Positions 40,859 to 52,400 of a stretch of 64,000 nt of DNA are shown here, piece by piece. The DNA is from Rhina ancylostomus (taxonomy: Eukaryota). The translations under genes and the position numbers were made by a program. The number at the start of each line of letters is the position of its first letter. Positions within the stretch are counted from its first letter, which is position 1. A model generated the notes under the pieces. That model saw nothing but the letters and a program-made list of their open reading frames with translations. It was not told where the DNA came from and did no database searches. The stretch is taken from assembly GCA_030265395.1 (NCBI GenBank), contig JARFYF010000058.1, forward strand, positions 13,703,194 to 13,767,193, in the 5' to 3' direction.

Positions 40859-40938
40859 CATATTGGACATTCCAAATTCTTCAACATTAACGACAAAACC
40901 TTGTGCACATGTTCAATTTCTGACTTGCACAAAGACAT
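40859..40938 (-). CDS. BRCA1: BRCA1 first coding exon (human exon 2 equivalent), RING N-terminus
   Basis: Encodes MSLCKSEIEHVHKVLSLMLKNLECPI(C), cf. human [27 protein letters not shown]. 80 coding nt, donor TG|gtgagt, likely acceptor ttgcag| with the exon starting at 40964. Confidence 0.96.
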
Positions 40939-41289
40939 TTCTGTTTATTTCGTTTTGTAGATCTCTGCAAAACAATATGTGCATTAAAGAACTTTACAAC
41001 ATGTTTTTATCCAATATTTAACATTAAATAATTTACTATATTTTAACCACTCAATATTTTAATTATATGAACCTTACAAATTACTCTATCATTTTACCAT
41101 TTGAAATGCTGAGGCACTGTGAAAAGATAATTATACAATTAAAAGTACATTAAAGAAAATTCTGTGCTTGCAATAAAACTGAAACCTTATTTTCAACATT
41201 GAGGCATTAAGTAGCTGCCTGCCAACAAAAACCGATCAGACTTAGGCCAGTGTGTTGAGGAATAAAAGAGGGAAAGTGCCAATTTAGAT

Positions 41290-43790
41290 CTTGTTTTTTG
41301 TAATGGGAAAGGTTCCTTTGATAATATTGTTGTAAAGGGGTCTTTAGGTAAAGCATGATAATAATGATAGATTTTTTTATGTTGAGTTTTAAATCAATGT
41401 TGTTTGATCTGAAACTAGGGTCTTAAACTTAAATAAAGAAAACCATGAAGATATGAGGAGAGAGTTGGCTGTGGTTCATTGAGAAAATACATTGCAAGGT
41501 ACAATTGGACAGGCAAGGCTGGCATTAAATAAAAGCATAATTTGAAAAAAAAATTCTTTGAAACAGAGAAACCAAAAAATGCAAAGTGGTCCATCTGTGG
41601 CTGACAGAAGAAATTAAAGGGAGAATTAATTGCAAGGAAGAGACTTAGTATTGCCCGAAACAGTAGTAGGCCTGAAGATTGGGAGCAGTTTGAAACTCAA
41701 AGTAAAATCCAGAAGTTGATAAAGGCAGGCAAGATGGAATACGAGAGTAAACCGGCAAGAAACAAAAATGGACTGCAAGCACTTCAATAGCCACGTAAAA
41801 AGAAAAAGCCCAGTGAGCACAAATGTGGTTCCTTACAGACAGAGGTGGGAGAATTCATAACAGGAAATAAGGAAATCCATCAGACAGAAGATACAAAAGC
41901 TTGAGAACACATACCACCAGGCTCAAGGACAGCTTCTGCCCTGCTGTTACAAGGCTCTTGAATGGACAGCTTATACGCTAAAGGTCAACTCTTGATAACT
42001 CAGTCTACCTCATCACGGCCCTCGCACTTTTATCTACCTGTACTGCTCTTTATTTGTAACCGTAGCACCATATCCTGCATTCTGTCTTCTTTTCCATTTT
42101 GCACCACCTGGATGTACTTACGTATGAAATGATCTGTCTGGATAGCACACAAAAAGCTTCTCACTGTATTGCAGTACACGTGACAATAATAAACCAATTA
42201 CCAAAATGGCTATGAAATTAAACAAATGTGTTTATGCCTTCATAGAATTCATAGAAGATAACGAAAATCTGCTAGAGAATGGGGAATTTTTAAAAAGTTC
42301 TATAAGTTAGCGGGACACTGCTGATGAATTCCTAAAACTTGGTAATCTACAACTCAGAATTTTGAAAAGAGGATTTGTAGACGATGCCAGACGAGCTACA
42401 CATTTCCAGTTTCATTTCAGATTTCCAGCACCTGCATTTATTTTCACTGGCTGTAGAGACGGTGGATCCTCTAGTTGTCATCTTCCAAAATTTTATGGAT
42501 TCTAGGATTGTTCCTGAGAGTAATAAATGGGACCTCATTATTTATGAAAGGAGGGAAAGAGAAAACACTGACGTGTTAGCCTAACGGTAATAGTACGAAA
42601 AATACTGAACTCTATAATGAAGGATATGATAAAGAATAACAGGTCAGCATGGTTCGAGGAGGAAATGTGGACGTGACCAGTAGGATTGAAGAGAGAGACC
42701 AGTGGATGTGGTGTATTTGGATTTTCAGAATGTTTTGATAAGATCCCAGGCAAGAAGGCAGTCAACAAGATTAGAGCACAGAGAACTGGGTACAATATGC
42801 ATTAAGAATTGGACAGAAAATAAAGCATTGAAATAAATAGGTCTTCCTCAGGTTTGCAAGGATTAGTGCTTGGGCACAAGCTATTTACAAAGTATACTTA
42901 ATGAACACTTGCTACAAAGGGTTCCAATATAATTCATCACTTAATGAAGCTTTCATTTGCTACAAGAAATAGTAGGGGATGCAATTGAATTTTGACTTTC
43001 ATAGGTCCGTGAAAACCAGTAATATTTAACAATCTTTTTGATTAGGTTAATAGGACAGAGTCTGAGAAATAAACAATGTATTTAAAATGTGTAAAAGTTC
43101 AAACACCTGCACTCTGCCATCTGGCAACAATTGCAGGTGTTCGAGTTTGGAATGATTTGAAACTTTCAGCTCGTGTGTTTCAGCTTTTCAAAACAAGCTG
43201 TTTGCTTTTGATTTACCACATTCATACTGGACAGAAATTAACTAGTATGACTATCACAATTCTGGTATGCCCTGTGAAAGGGTGCACTACACCTCTGCTT
43301 TATAAATTTTTGCACAAGGATTCTTTAGGAACTTAACCCCTTCATTAACAGGGAAACATCTCGGAGCGAACCAAATGTCATTTTTCCTAGTTTTCTGAAG
43401 ATATAAAGCTGTGTGTGATTACGAGGTTGAGAACACAAAAAAGGACTTCAAAGCACCTTTGACAAATTGCACGTGGGCACAGACGTGGCTGATCCTCTTT
43501 AGTAAGAGGACAGAGAGGCAGAGTATAATTTAAATGGTGAGAGATTGGGGAATATTGAAATACACAGAGACCTGGGTGTGCATGTACATCAGTCATTGAA
43601 AGAAAGCATGCAGTTTCAGCAACAATTAAAGCAGGAAATGCTAGTCCTCATTGCAAGAAGCTTTGAATACAATCACACGAATATCTTACAAAAATTTATC
43701 TAGGGGTTTGACAAGACCATATCTGGAAAACTGTGTGCAGTTTTGGTCTCCTTACCCAAGAAAAGACAGACTTGTCATTGAAGCATCAGC
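41290..43790 (+). mobile_element. Fragmented CR1 LINE with nested insertions
   Basis: CR1 ORF2 remnants (PLVVIFQNFMDSRIVPE; TRPYLENCVQFWSPY) interrupted by other repeats. Confidence 0.7.
41877..42203 (+). mobile_element. Rex1/Babar-like LINE 3' end nested in CR1
   Basis: Encodes TTRLKDSFCPAVTRLLN with tail gtgacaataataaacc. The flanking CR1 rejoins as ggaaat|ggc, with a possible aaat target duplication. Confidence 0.6.
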
Positions 43791-44139
43791 TCCTAGGATT
43801 ATTATGCAAAGATATATTAGAATCATCCTAGCATCCAAAGGATTCTATCTGAGTAGAGAGAATAATATGTGGAAGAGGCAAAAAGGACAATGGAAAAAAT
43901 TCAAGAACGTAGGCAGCGAATGAGAGGGGAAGCAAGGAAAAGACAAGATATGACATGTATGTGGATGTTTTTTTTGTAATTACTCACGATCCAGAAGTCA
44001 ATGTACCACTCCAAGATCAGAGGTGATAATTATTGGGGACGTAGCTAAATGTTGACTTTGAATAGCAGACTTTAGGTAATCTAACTAGGTGGCGTGTAGG
44101 ATGGTTGCCAAGACTGCACTGAAACGTTTAGGTGTGATA

Positions 44140-45460
44140 AAATAGTGTGCGTGGAGTTGGGGACGGNNNNNNNNNNCGGGATCCTAGGCATCATGGTCAG
44201 GGGTCACGAGTTGGGCCGAAGTGCCCATTTCCGTGTTTTACAGTACAACTCTGACACCACCAACACCTTAATCATTAGGCAGGTCCGCTCATCATCTCCG
44301 ATTTTTCTCCCAACATAAAACACACAACTCACCATAAGTGATTACATGGGGAAAATAGTAGTTTTAAAACGCGCATGGTTTAAATGAGACCCATGAAAAT
44401 AAAGAAACAAACGTTGACAGTGAACACAAAAGCCGCCTGCACGACGCACTCCATACTCCAGCGCGTTATGCTCCGCACTCGGCGGTGTGTCCGGCCGCGG
44501 GCCCCACAACTCCTGCAGCTGATGTCGGACCCACACTGACGGGCAAATCCCGAGGTCCACCACCCGACGCACAACTCGCCCCGGAGACTTTTCACCAAAA
44601 TATAAACCAGCTGTCAGACCTGGGGCGAAGTGTAACACACGCACACCGGACTGAAGCGGCTCCGACGGCTCCACTCACACCCTCACCCTCTCCGCCATAT
44701 TTTGGTTTTCCCGCACTTCTCCCGTGTCACGTGACGCGAGGCCAGCTCTACATCACGTGATACAGCCCCTGTCATTTCTCGTCACGTGCGCCTCGGTGGC
44801 ATCACGCGGTGCGGTTACGTGAGCCGGACGCGAGGGCTGATTGTCAACCAAATACGGCATGACGTCAGACGGGGGAGGTCAAACTTTGAATTTCAATGCA
44901 TAACACTGCGGGGGCAGATTTAACATCACATCGCATTGCATAGTTGCAATTCCAATTATTCTTGATTTAACGTCGTTTTTTATCAGGTGTTAACCTAATT
45001 CTAATGTTCTATAAGAGGAGGATGATGGTCAGCTGACATTCGACAGCCAATGAGAGGCTGTGTTTACCTCTGGCCGCGGTGGGTGCCGGGGGATGTCCGT
45101 GCTGTGAGGTAAACAGAGGAGCGGGCGGCCGGCTGGGAGCGGACGTGTCCTTTCGTTGCTGTCGATCGACCGACGGCACCATGGAGGAGCAGATCAAACT
45201 GTGCGTCACCTGTGGTGGAGAGACGCAAACTTTCCTGATGTGCGACTCGGCGAAGACGACGTGGGCGGATCTGGAGGCGATGGTGAGTGGGAGGAAGCGA
45301 AGTGGGGCCCGGCGTTTCGTGCCTCGGGTTGTTGGAGAGCCGCACCTCGACCTCCTGGCTCAGGGCAGGCAGCACTACACGCGTCCATCCATGGGCTGCC
45401 AACAGTCTGGTTTAACTAAATGTTTGTGCTTTCGATATAATATTTACTGATGCCGCGATT
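44140..45460. promoter_or_regulatory. CpG island / bidirectional BRCA1-NBR1 promoter
   Basis: The only CpG-dense GC-rich stretch in the window, lying between the divergent genes. Contains YY1-like 44692-44701, E2F TTTTCCCGC 44706-44714, E-boxes at 44726-44735, 44752-44761 and 44781-44790, CRE TGACGTCA 44860-44867, and CCAAT 45047-45051. Confidence 0.88.
45181..45282 (+). CDS. NBR1: NBR1 autophagy receptor, first coding exon (PB1)
   Basis: Strong Kozak ggcaccATGG. MEEQIKLCVTCGGETQTFLMCDSAKTTWADLEAM, cf. human MEPQVTLNVTFKNEIQSFLVSDPENTTWADIEAM. Donor ATG|gtgagt. Confidence 0.96.
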
Positions 45461-48449
45461 GGATTTTTATTTTATTTAAACTGGGGCTGCTTTTCCTATA
45501 CTCGCCCAGATATTTCTCTCTGTATACTGTAGTAGTTTTGTTGTTGGAGTTACTTCACAAGATCACAAAGGTTAGGACACTTCGCGTTCTTATTGGTGGT
45601 TTGCAAGAATAATCAACTAGGCTCAACTCACTACTTCGCCTTTCTCCATAGCTCTCCATTCTTCCCCTTTCAAATGGTCATCCATTTCTCCTTGAATGCT
45701 ACTTTTGAATCTATCTTCAGCATTATCCTTAATTACTTCATAAAAGATTTTCCTCATTTGACCTCTTGTTCATTCACCTTCATTATATGCCCTTTCGTTC
45801 TTGACCTTCCCACCAATGGGAACTGTTGCCCTGTCTAGACTCTTCCTGATTGTAAACACTTTTTTCAGGGCGCCTCAAATTTCTTTGACCTGGGGGAACA
45901 ATCCAACTTTTCTTGTCTATTAATTCAATATCCATCTCTTTTGCATGCTCTTTAGCTGATGAGACAGGGTACTGCAGTTATGGTTGAAACATTTTTATTG
46001 TGATTTGTCATGACTTTTTCAGTATCTGTTATTTACCTCTATTTATAAAATCCAGGATCCCATGTGTTTTTAAACTACTGTCTTAACCTGTCCAATTGTG
46101 TTCTGATGATTAATGCATATATACCTGCAGACCTTCCAGTACTTTTTTGAATTATTATACCCAGTATTTTATATTGCTTCTCTTTATTCTTCCTACTTTG
46201 CATTTTTCTGTGTTTTTTTTTGGCCACCTGTCCATTCTATCAGCCTGATTGTATCCCTTGTTTCTTTCTATTACTAATCTCCTCATACTTTACTATGTTT
46301 CCAACTGTTGTGCTAACTGTCACTTTAGGAACTTTGCCCTATACAATTTTAAAGCATGCTGCTAATCTCCCTTTTATCCTGCAGGCTTTAACCTGGATAA
46401 CAAATCTAAGATGTGGCACTTGATCAAATGCCTTCTAAAAGTCCATACTTACCACATCAAACACATTGCCCTCATTGGCCCTCTGTTTCATGACCAAAAA
46501 ATGTAATTAATTTAGTTAAAGGCAAACCAATGCTGGCTTTCGCTATTGCTAGTGACTGTTAATTGTGTCTCTAATCATCATTTCTATAAGCTTCTCCACC
46601 ACTGAGGTGAAACTGATTGTCCATAGGTGTTGGGTTAATTCTTGCATTACTTTTTGAATAAGGATGTAACATTTGAAATTGTGATCTTTGCAAACTTAGC
46701 ACAATAGACCACACAATATCAAGAAGTTTCAATTTCATTTCATAAAGCCAAATTATTCCCAAATCTAGATACAACTTGTCTAGCATTTTTAAGACAGTAA
46801 CACTTCTTTAAGGAATAAAACCATTGACTATAAATCACCTTTTTGAGTTTATAATTAAAGGAGCCATTTTACTTAAATGAGGTGTATATCAATATATTAT
46901 TCCCTTGATTAAAAAGCTGCTACCCTACTTATTGCTTTCTGGTGATTCGTTGCCTGCTTGATTGAAATATATGATAATGTTTCCTAGGCGTACCCATTTT
47001 ACAATAGAAGTATTGTGATGTGGCATTGCTGTGGTTGTTGCCAAGAATGGTGTACAATTCAATGTCCAGAATTAGTTCATGATGTTGAGTATCGTGACTA
47101 ATTTTGATATGATGGCTCTCTCAGCATGAATTTGTTATGGCTGTGCGAGTTAAATATCTCCGGCTTTCTGGTGATGCTTGTAAGTGTCACTGATTTGATT
47201 TTTGGCTGAAGCTCTGACCCAGAGAGAAAAAAAAATAGAATGATGATTGAGGAGCTTGGTTAAAGTCCTTCTTCCTTATAGGATCTTAGTACTAAATTGA
47301 AAACACTAGAATGTGGTATCTTTAAATAAGTTATCTAATGGAAACTACTTTTGCCTTTCAGTTTTCTTTTAAAAAAGGCCAGGCCAACCATTCAGTGGTA
47401 GTTAATAAATTTTTCAAATTGAAGTATGGCTTCCATCAGAGAAGTGTCATTTAAGAGCCAAACTATTTTTTTTCTAATATATGAAGTTACAATGTAAGGA
47501 GGGTTTTGAATTCCTCAACTGTCTTTCTGTTAATATTTTTAAGTGTTAAATTGTTTAAATTGGCGGGGGTGGGGGGAAGGTCTTTTGATTTTTCCTTGGT
47601 TTTACAAAGTTTAGCTTTGCTTTCCTTGGACAGGTTAATATTATGTAGTATAGCATAGCTTCAGTTTACTTGATCTTGTTGTCCATTTGGACATAATGCT
47701 GAGTCTTTTTATTTCAAGTGCTATCATGAAGCATTAGGAGCTGATAATTTAAATGTGATTATTTGGGAAATATCTGTCTATTTGAAGTATTGTTTCCTTG
47801 GGCAATAGTCAAGGGTATGCTCTAAATAATGAAACATTCTGTTTTTACTGTAGTTGCATAAAAACAGGGAGCTGTCTGAGACTAAAATAATGCACCAGTT
47901 CCAGCACAGAATAATTCCCATAATCTAATGTTTGTTCCAACTATCCTTCTTTAGTAAGTGGTTGAATATCTGGGTATAGTTTGGGTGTCCTGTCTGGAAA
48001 AAAGTTGCCAGGTCTGAAGTAGTGGAATATTTTAAAGGAAGACTGTAATTCTTTTAGGAGTCATAAAATGTTAAGGTGCTATTGCAGCATCTTCTGTCCT
48101 CTAGACCTTTTTTATTTAATATCATTCATAATCTTTGAACAATCCAAAGCCAATTCCAGTGAGGTATTTTTGAAGTGTTGTTACTGATGACCCAGAGCAA
48201 AGCAAGGTCTGCAAACAACAATGCTAAAATGCTGGTGATTGTGGTTATGTGATAATATTGAATAGGTGGTTTTATTAGAATGTCAGTAATAACTCGATGA
48301 TCACATTGACAAAAGACAACAGTATTTTTTGTCAATCCATTTGAATAATCACAAGAGATACTGTGTGGTGTATGAAAGACTGAGAAAATCTATCACAGTT
48401 TTGGCCTTGATTAATAGTGCAAATCCTAAAGTAGATCTTGAGGAACCTT

Positions 48450-49430
48450 GTTATGAGTGAGAATGCTTTCAGTGAGTCAAACAAGATGGTTGTGGTGGTT
48501 GGAAGCTCGTCATTTCGGCCATAGGACATCTCTGTAGGACTTCCTGAGGGTAGTGTCCTAGGCCAACTATTTTCAGCTACTTCATCAATGGCCTTTCTTC
48601 CTTCATAAGGTCAGAAGTTGGGATGTTCTCTGATTGCACAATATCGTGATGACTCAAATAATGAAGCAGTCCACAACCAAAGGCAGCAAGACTTAAATGA
48701 TACCCAGGCATGGGCTGTTCTGTAGCACGAATGCTATTTGCCAGACAAATTCAATATCCAACAAGAGAAAATCCCACTATCATCTCCTGTCATTCAATGG
48801 CATTACAATCACTGAATCTCCCACTATCAATATCCCAAGGGCTACCAGAGACTGAATTGGAATTGGCATATGCACAACGTGGGCCACAGATCAGGTCAGA
48901 AGTTAGGAATCCTGCAGCGAGTAACTGGCCTCCAAACCCTCGAGTCTGTCCATCATCTATGGTATACCCTCCACTTGCCTAGATGAGTGCACTTCAATAA
49001 TACTCAAAAGCTCGACAGTGCAGCTTGCTTTAATAAGCACCTGATTCGCAACCATTCACTCACTTCATCACTGATGCATGGTAGCAGCAATTTGTGCCAT
49101 CTATGGGATGCACTGCAGCATCTCACCGAGACTTAGACACCACCTTTCAAACCCATAACCTGTGCCGGCTAAAAGGACAAGGGCACCAAATCATGGGAAC
49201 ATCACCACCTGGAAGTAGCCCCCCAAGCTGCACACCATCCTGACTTGTAAATATATCGCCAATCCTTCAAAGTTACTGGGTCAAAATCCTGGAACTCGCT
49301 TCCTAACAGCTATGTGTGTGTACCCACACTTCAAGGAGTGCAGTGGTTCAAGAAGATGGCTCATCGCCATCTTCTCGAGGGCAACTAGGGATAGTAATTA
49401 AATGCTGGATCATCCTGCAAAGCCCACATC
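48450..49430 (+). mobile_element. L2/CR1-class LINE 3' fragment
   Basis: GLPEGSVLG-like RT motif and the 3' end gcagtggttcaagaagatggctcatcgccatcttctcgagggcaactaggga. Confidence 0.75.
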
Positions 49431-50479
49431 CCTTGAATTTTTTAAAAAAAATAACTTTAATTTAAAATTCAAAAATTTGCTGATCATGCAACATTACACA
49501 CCCAGTCCATCTGTGGAGCTAGCTCAGCACATGTTGACCATAGCAGTTCTTAATCCTCTTATATCTATGTCATTGCTAATCCTGCATCTATTCCATTAAT
49601 TTTCTAAACCTGTGAATAGGAGCCTCAAATTTATGAATCTTGGGAATAGGAAAATGAAAATAACCGTCAAGTCAGGCAGCATCTGTAGTGAAAGAGACAG
49701 TTACTGTTTCAGCTAATGACCTTTTCATCTGACCTGATCTGTAATTACAAAAGCTTATCTTTCCACTAACATGCATCTCTTTCTCTGCATAACTGTGTAG
49801 AAGTTTGGGATTCCCATACAAATGTCAAAGTCCTGAACTTCCACAAAGTTAATTGGTGCTGTCATTTAAACTACACTGTAATGCATTAATGCTGGGAAAT
49901 CTGCCCTCTGAAATTGCTTTAGAATAGGCCAGGCATGGGTTCAGCAATGTGATCAATTGCAATAGAAGGAACGGCTGCAAGTGAGATTGTAAAATTGTGA
50001 ACTTTTAAGTTGTTTTTTTTATACCTATTCAATGTATTTGACAGCATTGACAGTTGATTCCATATCAGGGTGTGGCTTAACTGGTTGTCAAATCATTTTG
50101 TTTGGATCAAAAGTCACCAAGACTCTTTGCTGAACAAGGCCTGCAGATCATTTTGGAGTTGACTTTTTTGGGGAGTTCAGTTCTGGGTAGAGAAGCATTA
50201 ATGGCGACCAGCATTTTGAAAATTTTGGGTAACTATTTCTTGTGTTGATTCTTGAGGATAATCAGAACAGAATTGATTACAGTCTTGAGTTTTGGGTTAG
50301 AATTTTTTTAATTGCTCAAACTGCATGTCATTTTATTAAAGACGCAATCTGAAAACAAAATAAGGAGGGTGGCATTTTGAAATCTGGTTTGTTAATACAG
50401 AAGTGGGCATTCTGTAACCTTAGTATTGAGTATTGTAAATCTTCCTCAAAATTCTTGTGAAAACATAATTATGAATCTA

Positions 50480-51280
50480 CAGACTGGATCAAAAATTAGC
50501 TCAATTGGGGGAAGCAAAGAACAATAATTGATTGGCATTTTTGTGACTGGAAGGGATGTTACCAGTGGAACTCCACAGCTTTTCGTAAAACATATTAAGA
50601 TGTTTGTAGATGCTACAAAAGTTGGCATTGTAGTTGCCAGTGAGGAGGGAAAACATAGACTGGTGAGAGGGGGTTAATGAGAATGTGGAAGAATAAAATA
50701 GGATTAGTTGAGGATTAGTATAAATGGGTGTTTGATGGTTGGTGTGGATTTGGAGAACTGAAGAACCTTTTCCTGTGCTATATGACTTTAAAAGTAGCAA
50801 ATTAAATTTAATGTGGGGAAATGTGAGGTAATACATTTAGAGGTGTAATTAGGCTAGGGAATACACAATAAATGGAAGCATGTTGAGGGTGAAGCATTTG
50901 CAGTTCAATAAGGTGGTTAGAAAGGCACATTAGATGCTTTCTTTAATAGGGAAATAAGTGAGGGAAGTTGTGTAACAATTGTATATATCAGTAGTTGGAT
51001 TAGGGCTTGAGTATTGCATACAATTCTGATCACACAAAGATATGATTGCATTGGAGAGAATATATGGAGACTTACAAAAATGTTGCTGGAACTGGCAAAA
51101 AGTAACTACAAGAAAAGATTGGATAAGTTATGGTTGTTTTATTAAGAACAGAGGGGACCAAGGAAAGACTTACTTGAGGTGTACAGAAGTATGAGGTGCC
51201 CAGATGGGATGAATAGGAAAAAATAATTGCCCTTGGTGGAGGGGCCAAGAAACAGTTAGCAAAGTTATTGGGTTAGAGGG
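50480..51280 (+). mobile_element. Degraded CR1 fragments
   Basis: RT remnant gtttgtagatgctacaaaagttgg (FADDTK-like) and C-terminal remnants. Confidence 0.6.
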
Positions 51281-51319
51281 AAGTGGATTGCTTTTTGTTT
51301 CCGACCTAAAAAGTACTTC

Positions 51320-52400
51320 CTAAGTGATGTTGGGGAGAGATTTCCCAGATTTAAACCCAGTGACAACAGAGGCCCAACAATATCTATCCAAATCCAGATG
51401 TGTGTGACATGTTACAAAAACTGCAGGAGGTGATGTTTCCATGTGCCTGATGTCTTTATGTTCATGTGGTAGTAGCTTTTGGTTTGAGAAGTGTTGTTGG
51501 AGTGGTCAAGGCAAATAACTGGTACATATGTGGATGGTCCATACAGTAGCCACTGTGTACCAGTGGTGTAGGGAATGAATGTTTAGGGTAGTTGATGGGG
51601 TAGCAGTGAATTTGTCTGCTTTGTTCTGGATGATAATTTTCTTGAATTACTGAGATTTGCTCAAAGCAAGTGGAGAATGTTTCATCACCNNNNNNNNNNT
51701 GTTGGAAAGGCCTTTGGGTATCAGCAGCTGTTATTTGCTGCAGAATACCCAGCATGTGAACAGTTGAGTTTCTAGTCAATGGTGTTAAGGGGTGACTCGG
51801 TGACAGTAATGCCATTGAATGTCAAGAGTGGTCAGACTTCTTGTTGGAGGAGATGATGATAACTTGGCTTTTTTGGCACAAGTGTTCATTCTCGTTAGCC
51901 TAAGATTTAATGTTGCATAGGTTTTGCTGCAGGTGACATGGGCTTAGTCAATCAATGAGGAGTTATGAATTGTGTAATCATCATCAAATGTTCCCCTTCT
52001 GACCTTGTAAAGAAAGGAAAATAATTGAAACAGCTGAAAATGGTTGGGCCTAGGATGCTCTCCTCAAACTCCTGCAGTGATATCCTGGGGCAGGGATGAT
52101 TGATCTTCAATGACCACAAGTATTTTCATTTTTGCAAAGTGTGACTCCAACTATGGGAGTTTTCCCTTTTTGTCCATTGCCTTCAGATTCACCTGGGTGC
52201 CTTGATGTCAAGAAGTAGGTGTTCCCAACGGCTCTGGAATTCAGCTGTTAGTCCACTTGGGATGACATGGTCATGGCAAAACCCAAACTGGGCATTGGTG
52301 AGCAGGTCATTGTCGATAGCACTTTCTGTCACTTTGGTTGAAAGTAAAGAGGCTGAGTGTTAATTAGCCTGTTTCAATTTGTTGTGCTTTATCCTTCCTT
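51320..52400 (-). mobile_element. Degraded L2/CR1-class LINE
   Basis: Reverse complement resembles 48450-49430. Confidence 0.6.

Noticed and set aside
45181-45215. K6 as the basic PB1 lysine that would allow NBR1 self-polymerisation as in plants
   Set aside because: By alignment with p62 (LTVKAYL), the K7-equivalent position is C8, not K6.
44342-45450. Several 60-123 aa ORFs in the CpG island
   Set aside because: Expected in GC-rich, stop-poor DNA; only 45181-45282 matches a known protein.
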